DNA of 64,000 bases. Source: Eledone cirrhosa (lineage: Eukaryota). This document shows, piece by piece, positions 38,880 through 52,139 of the stretch; the first letter of the stretch is position 1, and each line of letters begins with the position of its first letter. The stretch is taken from positions 95,418,001 through 95,482,000 of the forward strand of contig OZ024745.1 in assembly GCA_964016885.1 (NCBI GenBank), in the 5' to 3' direction. The notes beneath the pieces were generated by a model. The model searched no databases. It worked only from the letters and a program-made list of their open reading frames with translations, and was not told the origin of the DNA. The position numbers and the translations under genes are program-made.

Positions 38880-39600
38880 GCACTGGAGTAAAAGTTGAGA
38901 CTTAAGAATTTCTAATTGCAGCACAAGATAAAAGCCGCCCCATCAGAAATCACCAAAAATACACATGGAAGCAAAATATAGTAAGTAACTGCAGAATTAT
39001 CTCTTACTGGCCAGTCTTAGTCAAAAAAGAATATATCCACAGACATGCTGGAGTTAGGATTTACATACACTGGAAGTTATGCCAACATTATAAAGTACCA
39101 ACGGAAAAAAGATGGTACAGACTCACGCCAGAAAAAGTATCAAATAATGACAAAACAACCACACTCTGGAATATGCCAATATACACAGACATAAAAATCA
39201 AAGGCAACTGACCAAATATAGTAAAAAAAACCCAAAGAAAACAATGTCTTCTAATTGATGTATCTATGCCAACAGATGACAATATATTCATCAAAGAAAT
39301 GAAGAAATTATCCAAATATAAAAGATCTGGAGCTAGAAATAATCCAAAAATGGGTGGTGAAAACAGAAATAATGCTTAAAATAATAGATGCTCTGGGAAT
39401 GGTAAAAAAAAAACTCAGAAAATACAGAAAATAGCGCTACTAGGCACTGCAAGCATATTACAAAGAGTATTCTCAATACAATAGAAAACAGCACTGCACA
39501 TACCAAAGGCACAAGACCTGTGTTCAATAATGCAGTGACCACACACAATAAGAATAACAAGAACAACAACATCAACAATGATGATAATAATAATAATAAT
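38880..39600 (+). mobile_element. R4/Dong-like non-LTR 3' fragment, decayed
   Basis: IHWKLCQHYKVPTEKRWY..PEKV..TTLWNMPIYTD..CLLIDVSMPTDDNI..KE.KKLSKY is the RLE region; (AAT)n tail; sister copy at 62558-63095. Confidence 0.75.
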
Positions 39601-39820
39601 TGTTTCTACTTTAGGCACAAGGCCAACAATTTGAAGGGGAGGGGAAAGTCGATTAAATCAACTCGTGTGTGACTGGTATCCTTATTTTATCGACCCCATA
39701 AAGATGAAAAGCAAAACTAACACACTGGCGGGATTTGAACTCAGATCGTAAAGGGTCATAACTTTATGCTGCAAAACATGATGTCCGATGCTCTACCAAT
39801 ACTGCCACTCCACCGCCCTT
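39590..39820 (-). mobile_element. SINE family A variant
   Basis: Family head and tail. Confidence 0.8.
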
Positions 39821-39839
39821 AATTATTATAATAATAATT

Positions 39840-40325
39840 TTTTTATTGGCCACTCAGGCCAAAAACATTGATGACATTACAATAAGGAAGGACAGTGGAG
39901 ATTTATGTACAGATGTGTAAACAGAACAAAAACAAGGTAACAAAATAACAACAGAATTCCTTAATAGGGGGTGTAATAACCAGGGGTAATTGAGAGACAC
40001 AACAGATCCAAGATCACTCGGGCACCATAGGCAAGAGGCCCTCTCTCCTCTATTCTCTCCAGTCTGCAGGTGTATGCTTAGAGTAGGCCCATTCACTCTT
40101 GCCATTCTTGCTACATTCATCTATGTTTTCACAAATATACTAATGGGAATGGCGAGCAATATTTTCCTCTTCCACCTCACCTTCCTTTCCAAGTTGAACA
40201 TGAAAACATGATGAGGACTTCACCACACAGCCTCTTTCATCATAGCTACCAGGCTGATATAGTGCCTGTCTTTCCTGGCCAAAAGAAGGCAGCAGGGTGA
40301 TCTTCATGACAGAGTTGGCCAATAG
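39840..40325 (-). mobile_element. Tx1/L1-group LINE 3' end
   Basis: NVARMARVNGPTL matches the 20460 copy; ends gtggccaataaaaaa. Confidence 0.7.
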
Positions 40326-42489
40326 CTGAATAGTAATAATATAATCATTATATTATTATTACTTTTTGGATAACCTTTACCTGAAATGACAATGTACCCC
40401 CATGAACATTAAATCCAGTAAGAATTAAGAACTAGAGAAGGAAGAAGAGGAGAAGAGAAAGGAGGCAAAGAAGAAGCAACAGGAAGATGCTGAAAGTGAA
40501 GAAAAATGATTTGAAGTAAATTGACCTTGGAATAGGATGTTTCTAAACACGTGATTGATATGTTAAAATATTACATATTTAATACTATTAATGTTGCAAA
40601 TACACCTGCTGACCCCACTACCAAGCAGAGATAATTATTTCATTGAATATTATCAGCAGCTGATAATAAAAAGAATAGGAAACAAAGGAGATAAAGTAAG
40701 ACAAAGCCTAGGGTAATATTTCAAAGAGGTGTGTGATCATCGATGGCTTGTTCAAGGATGATTTTTTTAAAGATTAAAAGCATGCAAAAAATCAATATCT
40801 ATCTCCCACTATATATACATAAATATATATATATATATGAAAAGAGTCAGGACTCTGATGGCTGAGCTCCGGCCATTTTGACAGCTAGATCCTAAGTATT
40901 GAGTACTCTGGTGTATTATGGCCCACCTGATTTCTATCTCACTTTCTTTGTTATATATATATATATATATACATATATGAAAAGATTCAGGACCCCCGAC
41001 GGCTGAGCTCCGGCCGTTTCAACAGCTATACATATATATATTTACACACTCATATGTGGTATGTGTGTGAGTGTGTGCGTATTTATGTGCATGTGTGTGT
41101 GTATGAAGGTTGAATGGTTATGAATATTATTCTGCAATAACGAGGTCCTGGGTTTGATCCCATTATGTGGCATCTTGAGCTAAATTATTCTACTGTAGCC
41201 TTGCATTTACTCAATCCTTCTGAGTGAATGTGTGGAAACTCTCTACAGAGGGGCTATATCTGTAATTCAAAAGTTCAACCTTGTGCCTTGTCACAATGAT
41301 TCTGTCTGAGTATTATCTTAAGAATATAATCTTAAGAATATAACTGTCAGCGGAATAGAATACTCAGTTTGTTATACTATAAAAGTTTAGGTATGACCGA
41401 TATGAAGCTAAACAGCTTCTTCCTAGAGGCTATATTAAAATACCACTTATAATAGTTGCTTGTCAGAACTGAATGATCTTTAATTACATTCATCCCTATC
41501 TTTACTATGTAACTACTCTGTTATAGTATTTGAATGTAAATAAACCAGTTGGATGAACCTTAATCAAATTATCTTGATCTCTCAGTTTAGAAAAGTTGAT
41601 AATGACTTACATCTCTCTTCTATATAAGAGTTTAATAAATAAGAGGAAAAACTAATCTGCTTTGCTTGTGCATTGAACAGCATGTTTATACTGGGTTTGA
41701 AGTTTTGACAAATCTAAGTAGCCTAACATCAGTTTCTTTTTCATACAGTACACATGCCCTGTATCTGAATGAGGAATATTTCTAATCTTTCTAATTTTGT
41801 CAAAACTTACGCAATACAGATTTTGTATAAAGGTCTAAAAACCAATTCATCTGAATCAACTTCAATATATTACTTACAGATACTTACTTTATCAAGATTT
41901 GATGGCTAAAAGTTACATTTGGCTGTAATTGAAGTTGAAAATAAACACCCATATACTTTATTACACTACTATTTAGCCTTTTTTTTTTACATTACCCTAC
42001 TAGTAGTTCGATGTAATATCTCCCAAAATATTTATAAACAATTTAATCAGCATTTATTAGGATTTATTTAAATTTCTTCCAGTTTATAAGTAGTGTATAT
42101 TTAGATGAAAGCAACTTTAAGGGTATCAACCAATAATCAATATTGATTTATTACTTAGGGCACTATGCCATAAATCTTGTGAATTGCATTGGCAGTAAAA
42201 GTTAAGTAGTTTTCAGCATGAAATCAACGAAAGCTTACAGACTCAGCCCACTGGAAGTTTAACCATCTTACTATGCAGAATTTGTCATATATATTAAATA
42301 ATGATTTCCAATATAGAATGAAAGTCTTAGATTTATGGAAGTAATTAATAAATAACCATTAGTGATGTAACATAATTAACCCTATAAGCAAGGTGAAACT
42401 ACAGCTGGAAATTTACTCAACAGTGTTCAATAATTAATAGTTTATTGTATATGTCTCTAAACGCTAGCCATCATATTTCACGTCATTAT

Positions 42490-42613
42490 TACGATCTGAG
42501 TTCAAATCCCGCCGAGGTTGACTTAGCCTTTCATCCTTACGAGGTCGATAAAATAAAGTACCAGTAATGCACTGGGTAATTGCTGGCCGTGTGCCTAAAG
42601 TAGAAACAATTAT
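42490..42613 (+). mobile_element. 5'-truncated SINE family A
   Basis: Near-consensus match. Confidence 0.9.
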
Positions 42614-44154
42614 TTGCTCTGAACATGAAATCTGTTCACATTACCTCAACCCTCAGTGAGGATGATTTACATGAGAGGATTTTTTTTTTTATATTCATGA
42701 TAGTGATGATTTGCTCAAAATCTATGGACTATTTGTCAAGTAGAGTAAATTTCTCAACCAAATATATTATGTAGAGACAGGGAACAGCAGATTAAAATTT
42801 AGGACTCAATAGGCAAGCACAAATTTCCAGACTTATAGAAGATGGTAGTTTGTGGCATACAAGCTTTTTCCCAAACTGCTGAGAACTCAATTTTTACAAA
42901 AAGTATTGGTCTCAATTCTAAATGATTCAGTTCACCTAACTATGAAAAATATGTGCAAAGATCTTCTATGAAAGTTACATGCAGTAGACTAGTGTCTTAG
43001 TTGAAGGAAATTTTATTTCTCCCCTGAAACTGCAGTCCTTTGGGTTCTTATAGTTCCTGTCGTTCAGATTACAGCTAAATAACCTAAATCACTGCTACAT
43101 AATTCATTTAAAATATGATTACCCAGAGAAGAAATTGTTTTTTTTAATATTTAATTGTTCTCCATATATATGAAATTAGAAATTTGCAATTTTAAACTTA
43201 ACTAAATTTACACTGACACGATTGAAATTAAGATGCTCAACTTGAGACTCCAATTTCACTGACTCAACAAATACATCAATCATTTCAATCTTAGGAGAAC
43301 AAGCCTCACAATTAAGTTAGTTTGATTATGGTTAGATATACTAACAGAATGCTTCATTTAATTAGTTATATCTATTATATAGATCATCTGATATATTGAT
43401 AATGAAGGCCATCCAACAACTACTGTAATATGATGTAAATGTAATTACTTGAAAGTTTGTCTTATATTCTCAAGAGTAGAAGTATAGGTTTCACAAATGT
43501 TGCAATCAAATTAACAATTCATTCAGAAGATAGGCAACTAAGTCAAGTCATGCGAAATGCAAACATCTAATTGGTAGCTTTGAATAAACAGGTCTTCGTA
43601 ATTTTTCTAGAAAAAAGGAAGAATATTATTTGTTCACTAAGTAAAATTTCAGTTCAATACTTATGTATTATGTTCAAGTATGTATAATAATACATGTATA
43701 TGATTACATGATTGTGTTTGTGTATGCATTTCTATAAGTAAAAATATTCTGCTGCTTTTAATATGACAAAGATACTTCCTTGAAGTGATTCACTTATTTA
43801 ATAGTGAAAAATACATAAGATATATATATATATTTGTTTTATATGCTTGTGCACATATGTGTGTAATGTGGTATATATATATATATTTATCAAAATACAC
43901 ACCACAGAGAAATCTGTGTGTGTGTATATATATATATACCACATATATTCCTCTGTGTGGGTCTATATATATCAAAACACTCACCACACATATTCCTCTG
44001 TGTGTGTGTATATATATATATAAAAATACACACACGCATATAATGTATATAGTCTGCGGTGCTGACATATGCCAAAGCACTTGGCGCCATGATCAGTATT
44101 TAACATATATATATATCATTGTCGTTTTAATGTCCAATTTCCCTGCTAGCAAGG

Positions 44155-44862
44155 ATTAAATGGAAAATGAGGGAAGCCAAAGAGAAGTGGATATCAGACC
44201 AGTGCAAAAACATTGAAGCTGGAACAAAAAAGGACAACGGCAATGTTGCTTATGAAACCCTTAAAATGCTAATAAAAAGAAAGCAATACAACACCAATGA
44301 GGACATGACAGGCTTGCTCCTCACAAATGAATCCGATGTTATCAAAAGATGTTCTGAGTATTGTGAAGACCTTTATAACCACAAACTCAGATAATTCCAC
44401 CAATAAGAACAAAGAAACGAGTGGATACTCCAATTCTCCAGGAGGAGGTCAAAGAGGCAGTGCACATGCTCAAAGATGGTTAATCCTCAGGAGCTGATAA
44501 TATTCCATCAAAGCCCATAAAACATGTAGGGCCAAAACCTATCAAGGCACTGATAGTTACCTGTCAGAAGATATGGGAAATAAAGAAATGATTCACTGAC
44601 AAGACACAGTCAGGCCAATTCTGCCATGTTACAGCTGAATGTCATATGGAAAAGAAACGCCATCAGTTTACCATTGAAGCTCAAATTATTCATGTCCTTG
44701 GTGACTTTGATCCTTTTGTATGGGAGTGAGAGTAGAACTCTCACAGCTGACATAGAACAAAGAATCGAAGCATTCAAGAATGAGTGCCTCAGAAAGCTGC
44801 TAACCATTGTTATGTGCAGCATACAAAACAAACAGCTTTATCAGGCAGGATTCAAATCTTAG
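44155..44862 (+). mobile_element. Internally deleted RTE (BovB-like) LINE fragment
   Basis: REAKEKWISDQCKNIE..., EYCEDLYNH, and LKLKLFMSLVTLILLYGSESRTLTADIEQRIEAFKNECLRKLL. Confidence 0.75.
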
Positions 44863-45329
44863 GTGATGTAAACGTGTTACTTTTATTTACTTTCTTAATG
44901 ATATAGTGAAATTATTAATTATATATTTCTGCAGTGAATAGTAAAGACAATGACAATATTATATACGGGAGTGTGTGTATTATATATATGATTATGAATG
45001 GTTTTCAGAAGAGGAATCGAAAGACACCACAGTTAAATAAAGTACTCAAAACATTAAGTAGAGAAGGTACATGATTTATTTCATGTAGAAATGATTCCTA
45101 CAAGACTAGAACTATTACATTACTTTTAAATCATCAACCAAATGTAAATGTTCTAGTCCTGTAGAAATCATTTCTATATGAATTAAATCATATACATATA
45201 AATCAAATACATGAAATATATCATATATATATATAAACATGAATATTCATAGAAGGTTTGTGTAGTGCATAAAAACAAATAATAAAGATTTTCAGAAGTA
45301 AAGATAAAAATGAAATAAAAATTTAAATC

Positions 45330-48300
45330 AAGTCAAGGAATTTAGATTTTTATTGAAGTTAATTTCTATTCTTAATTTCTAATAAAATTCTCTTTTCAGT
45401 TTTTGGAAATGGAATAAGAAATGTCATGCTTATTATGTTACAACTATTTTAAACTGAAATAAGAAAAAAATACAATGTGATAATGACAGAAAACTTAAAA
45501 TTCTTAATACCAAAGCCTGTGTTGTTTTTAGAGAACCAACTACAGCAGTAACTGTCCCCACCTTTTTCTGCTGTAAAAGCAATACCAATGAAAATGAGAG
45601 GAAAAAAATGCTTCATGACTGATTTCAAGGTAACAGACAGTCTAGCCACTAAAATATATTACTGATAGCCTTGCTGTGCAATATAAAAATATTGAGATAA
45701 ATATTTTTTATAGACTCGATAAAGAAACTAACCAAATGAAGACCCATTCCATGACTGACTTATTTTTATTTAGTGATAAAGAGTAGTTTTATGACTTAAA
45801 TTAATTCCAGACTCATTTCTTTATCTTTGGTAAGCAAGCTTTTTAGATCCATTTTTGGTCATGATAATTTAAATTCTTTAAAAAACAATTCTGCTTTTTT
45901 CCATTTTATTTTGGACAAATTGATAAAAAAAATGACAGTTTATTTCTCAATATTATTTAAAACTAAATAAAGACATTCTACTCAATTATAATTCTTACCA
46001 CTGTTAAGAAACTTCTGCTTCTAATTCACCATATCGTAAAAATTGAAAATGTTTATTCTCACCCTTAATTCACTTTTATTATTTATTTACTTCACATATA
46101 ACTTTTTCCAAAAAATTCTCTAATACATATTAATGGTGATGCTTCATTATCTTCCTTTCAGCACAAACAACTTAGATTTTCTCTTTTTATATATCTTTGT
46201 TCACTACATTGTGCTACTGTACAACAATTGATGAATTATTACAGAGCTAAAAATATAGGCTTCAGTCAAAAACCATGTAGCTCCTGAGTTTGTCTTCAGC
46301 AGTGGTTTATGTGCAAAATAAATTAAAATATTTTTAGATATAAAGAAAGAAATGATATATTATCTGGATGTTAATTTAGATTATTTATCTTAATAAACTG
46401 TCATAATTACTATAACCTCCATTTATATATTAACATTTTAGAACTTACAAATTAAAAATAAAATAGTTCATTTCCATCAGATTTCATTTTTCTTTATATT
46501 TACAAAATTTTATTACCATCATTCTCCAGTGTTTGCTATAGCTATGAATGAATTTATTTTTTGAGCAATTTAGCAAATACTGCAGAATTTAAATTTAAAT
46601 AGTTTGCATTAGACAACTCACTCCACTATGAATTCTTATAGTGGAACAAATGTCTGAAGGGAATTAGATTATTAATATTATAATGAATTTTGTTTTTGCA
46701 ATTCAACGGATCTGTCCATAACATACGTTTGATTGTATATCATTACATATTTAACGGAACATTCAGTCTGAGAAAGCAATAGAGATATTGTCAACATTTA
46801 CATTTACATACATTAGGTGCCCAGTTCATTGAGTACTAGATGTCCCCAGAAAACTGGTCACTGAATGTATTTTAAGTAGCTTATCACTAAAGCACCAATG
46901 GATATGAATATGCCTTCAACTGTATGCAGTTTTTGAAACATTACCAGCAATCCAATGACAGAAGTGAATATTGTCTTTTTAGTTAAAATAAATACTGTTT
47001 TCCCAGACTCTATAATCACTTGCTGTCAAAGGTATTTTAATTAATTCTTCAAACCTTTCAAAGGACACATTGAATAGGTGATTTTGAAAATTCTGTAGAA
47101 ATGACATTAAAAATGAGATTCAAGAAGTTGACAATAAATATCCACATAAAATGTCAAATATATATATATACATATATATATATATATTAATTTTTCTTTG
47201 TTTCATGTTTGTGACAAATATATTTCAGACACTGTGTGGTATCAAGATCTTGGTCAATGGCTATGAACTACTTATAAATTATGAAAACATATTCATTTAT
47301 TGAAACAGTATATTTTCTTAGAATCAAAAACTTAAAAGAAAACAACAAACAAGGTTTATAGAAATAAATGATAACAGAAAAAAGCACTAACTCAGCATGT
47401 GCCTACACAAAGTAGGCTACTTAGATATACAACAAAGTTTGTAGCAATAAATCCAGATAGTTCACATTCCTCATCATATTGATATTAATACATTTCCACA
47501 TATATTTTAGCACGTTCTTACAGTACTTGTATGAAATTCATAAATTAATTTTAGAAGACAATATGCAGCTTAACATAGAAAATAATATGAATAAGTCAGA
47601 ATAAGAAAATTTATATTTTTCCCAATAGTCTTTAGTTACAGGCTCTATATGGTTGCTAAAATTTCTTATTTAAAAAAAGCTGAAAAAATATGACAAAATA
47701 ATTGAATTTAATACAACTTTGTATGATAATAATTATGATTAAGTTAAAATGGTTCTATTTATTCAACATTAAAGAGAAAGTTAACTTTAAAAAAATTGTT
47801 TTGGAGGAACAGTTTAAAAAAAAATTGGTTTACTTATATAAAAGGAAACCAGTTAATATTTGAAAGAAATTATTTTAAAAATTGAAAAGAAACTAATTCT
47901 TTATTTTTATAAAAATCTAAAATAGTTTGTAAGAAAAGTGTACATACTTATTTATATACATACATATATATATGTACATATATATTTATATATGAGAGGG
48001 AAGGAGAGATAGAAACATGCCAAGATATATGAAGACTTTGACAGAGGAAATTCTGGAGAATACACTTTATATACAATAACACTTCAAGCATTCACTCATA
48101 CACACACACGCCGAAGCACATATGCACATGTGTGCATGCATCATACAGAAATGTAACAGTAACAATATAGAAAACAATAATAACAACAAGAACAACAGTA
48201 TTTAAGAATCCATGCTATTGTCGGACTCTGCATAAAGCGAAAAAGGAAGAGAAAAATTGAAAAGTAATTGATATAGGATGTAGCAATAGTTGCAGATGAA

Positions 48301-49332
48301 AGAAATAACTACAACCATTTCTCTAATGTCTTTGTAGTGTTATGGTGTTTATGCATTAGTTACAGTGAGAAAGAATGTTGTTGTGGTTGATTAAAGTAAA
48401 AAAGAAGAGGGGAGGAGATAGCTGGGAAGAAGAGGGAGGGTTAAGAGAAAGAAATTCAAAGAGAAGGGTAGCAGAAGCTGGAGATAAAGAAAGCAAGGTT
48501 AAAACCTTTTGTTTAATTTTTGTTTTATTTAGAATTACAAATGAAGCCGTAAAGGTGAGTCCATTTAGCTTAAAGAATGTAGGAAAAGTATAGGTTTTAA
48601 TTTTAGAAGGAATGAAATAGAAAGAATAGTAAAATTAGTGAAAGTGGGAGGGAGGGTAGGAGAATAGATGGAGGTAGATAAATAGATAGATAGCTAGATA
48701 GATAGATAGAGAGATAGATTGATAGGTAAATAGATAGATAGATAGACACAGAAATGGAACAAAGGTATAAGTAGTGATAAATAGAGATTAAAAAGAAAAG
48801 AAAAGCATCATTTGGAAAGTTAAAAAGCGATACAGATGGAAAAATACATAAATGTATGTATAGGTGGAGGAAGAAGCAATGGCATGATGTTTACGACATT
48901 GCTATAAAGTTTGGCTGAGATATTGAACATTTCCTCACAGAAACTCATACGAGGTTGTAACCATGCTGTAACCATGGTTACAAATATTGGAAATATTACA
49001 AAAAAAAAAAAAGCCTTTTCTTTAATTTTTCATTTCAAATTTGTAATTTTGCTTTTTTACTTGTTCTTGCTTTCAAATATTTTTTTAATTTCTTACTATA
49101 TTTTTCTCATACTGTATCTTTTGTCTAATTTTCTGTTTTTGGTCTTCTTAGTTTGCTTTCTTTTTTTTAAATGTTATATTGTGTATTTCTTAGAATTGTT
49201 CTTTTTTAATATGTATTTAATTGTTATTTGAGATTCTGATAGAAGAGTGAAGAATATAAAATAAAATAACAGCGCTTTATGGGCAGAGTCCAATGAAAGT
49301 GACAACGCTTGATTCGTCACGCGGGACATACA
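45330..49332 (-). other. NCS1: Probable long 3'UTR of NCS-1
   Basis: Lies directly after the stop codon; about 4 kb with no recognisable interspersed TE; minus-strand AATAAA at 45349-45354 followed by U-rich sequence. The end point is inferred. Confidence 0.45.
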
Positions 49333-49434
49333 TCAGAGTCGACCCCCATCGTAAAGAGTCAGAGCTTGAATAATCGTTGGATCCTTCTTAGAGCCCTCAA
49401 GGAACTCATCAAATGTTAAGCGGTCATCCTTGTT
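49333..49434 (-). CDS. NCS1: Neuronal calcium sensor-1 (frequenin/aplycalcin), terminal coding exon (EF-hand 4 and C-terminus)
   Basis: Acceptor ttttttttccgtag, then phase-0 [33 protein letters not shown]; compare human [32 protein letters not shown]. No upstream exons were recognised in the window. Confidence 0.93.
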   Translation of the reverse strand, partial: NKDDRLTFDEFLEGSKKDPTIIQALTLYDGGRL

Positions 49435-49875
49435 CTACGGAAAAAAAACAAAAGACAAAATCAATTCAAAGAATACCAATAGACAAAAAATCACAGAACC
49501 AGTATGAATAACAATAATATCATTAATTTATTATTTTATTTTAATCAAAGACAAAAAAAGTTATTACAAATTTTCTCAACATTTTTCTCAAATAGGGCAT
49601 GTGTGTGTTTGTAAGTGCACATGTGAAAGTAAAAAGGTCATGTTTTCAGTAATTAACAATTCATACCCATGGATTTATGTGTGGACTCCTGTATAAAACA
49701 ATGTATTTGGCAATATAGGCTCTTACATAGTCACATAATTTACAAACTTCTACAAGAATTCATGAAGGACCTTAATGTTTTTACATATAATATGCCATAT
49801 CTAACCCCTTTACAAAAAGTAATTTAACCAATCTGTTATTTTTTCTTTGTCTATTCATCATTAGTATCATCATTT

Positions 49876-49998
49876 TAACTTTGCCTTTCATCCTTATGGA
49901 GTCGATAAACTACCAGTCACTCACTGGGGCCTATTTAATCGACTTACTCCTCTCCCAAAATTGCTGGCCTTGTGCCTAAATCAGAAACCATTATTATT
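49876..49998 (+). mobile_element. Truncated SINE family A variant
   Basis: ctttgcctttcatccttatggagtcgataa...gctggccttgtgcctaaa. Confidence 0.75.
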
Positions 49999-52139
49999 AT
50001 CATCACAAATATGTTATTGCTAACCCCAATCTGTTGCTGTTTATCTGTCTATTTCCCTCTCATTCAACTTGTTACTACTTGCTTCTCTCTTTCTCTCTAA
50101 AGAACCATTTTATGCAGGATGAAGGGGAAGATTTAGAAATCATAAATTTCATTCCACCTCACCCTATGAATGAAACCAGCTACCTCAACCAAGCTAATTG
50201 CACACCACTGCCCACCTGTACTCTCATTTTTGCTGGAGGTATTTTTTTCCTCTCTTTCTCTTCTCATCTGCTCATTGGATATGCTGCAATGATGGATGTC
50301 TACTGAATCAAATATATTCATACTCATCACTGTATAATAGATTTCCCCACAACTAGCTACAATTTGCATTATCAATATATTAACAGGATATAATTTGTGT
50401 AATGAGTCTGTATATACATCCATAGGTATCTTAGGGGCAGATGAGGATTCTGTAAGCCACACGGAAGGTACTCTGTCTAGAAGAACATTAAGTTAAAATA
50501 AACAAAACTGTACAAGGTAAACATAGGCTCCATAAGCCATGGAGAAAACAGGTTGTTGATTAGAGTAATCCCTTTAAAGAAATAACAACTACACAGAGTT
50601 GTTATGGGCTCCATAAGTCATAGAAAAAACAACTCATCTAGGAGAGCAGTTATTCAGAATAAAATTTGATGAAGGGTAGGGAGGAAACTTATGTTAGACA
50701 AACTCACTAGTTCTGGTGGCACAATAAAATGCACCCAGACTATGGTGTAAAGTTGATGGTGATAGGAAAGGCATCCAGCCAGAAAACCCACACCAAAAAA
50801 TGATGAAAAGCGCAACCTATAATGCACACATTAATTGCATATACAGAGTTAATACTAATCATGCTAGTGCTGTGCAGGGTGACCTAGAGATAGAACAACA
50901 CTTTAGAAAGAGGCATGAAAGATAAGGAAGGAAACTTTAGGAGCAGTAAAGAACAATATAAAGTAGCTAAAAGAGAAGTTAGACAACAGATTTACATAGC
51001 ATGTAAAGAGACTAAAAGCAAGAGGTGATCTGCATTGCAAATCACCAGTGTAAATCAGGATGTTGTTGGGAAAAAGTGTTTGGAATGACACTGGTGTTCT
51101 TAGCCTCACTGATACTCAGGAGAAAGACGCTTGGAAATGTGAATCTGGAGAATAGTGTATCCTTCTTCTTTTATGACATCAGAATATTATTTGAAGGAGA
51201 TTTGATTGCTATTTCTAGCAGGCTGAGTAAACCATGTAGCAACTCCCTCTACAATTAAGGTGGATACTTATGCTTATTGAAATGGTTCTTAAAATTAGCT
51301 CTGCTCATTGCAATGCAATTTCATTACTCTCTTGATCCAAGCATTTGCTCTATATTTAGCCATTTGCTATTCAGTAGATTGTTGTTCTTCTTACAATTAC
51401 ATTGGGTTCTTCTGACATTACTAAAGATTTTATAACATTACAAACAATTTCTGATTGATGGGTATTTTTGTTGAATAGTTTATAGTATATATAGCCAGGC
51501 AGAAATCACTTCCTAATGAAAGTTGAGAAATTTCTAAGTATATTTGAAGTAATGTTTCTACTAAATTGTTGTTTGAGTCAGATGATATTTCATTTTCTAG
51601 GTTGGCAACATTACTGCTTAAGCTTAAGTAAGAAGTTGATCTACAGTTAAAGCTACTTGATTTTAAGTAGCTCATTCAAATAATTTGTGTCTTTATTAAA
51701 TGCATTCCTTGATACATTAAATATTTTTCTGTTCACATTATAATTCATTTTTAAAAATAATTATTCCTGCTTATCATAAGTGGCTGAAACTATTAGTGTC
51801 AGGAAAACATTGCCACAAAAAGTCCTGACCAACACATGCCACCAAAGAACAGTTGACATAATGATGATGATGATTATGTATGTAGTAGTGGTTATCCATT
51901 TGGTATTTGACTTAAAAGAAATAGCAGCCAAAACTCTCCCAAATCATACCTTATTGTCTTAAAAAAGAACACATTGGTTAATATGGGTCTGGGTTCTTTG
52001 TATATAGGAAGAAATAGGGATGGTCAATGCTATACCTTTGATTGTAGGTGTATTTGATCAGGGTTGCTTTGGAATAACTAACAACTAGAATGGGAAACTT
52101 ACAAGACATGCATGCTGATCTAACATGGCATCATTCAAG

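Noticed and set aside
42690-43140. Long coding-looking tract (KLFPKLLRTQFLQKVLVSILNDSVHL...)
   Set aside because: About eight stops in ~150 codons, close to what random AT-rich sequence gives; no recognisable domain.
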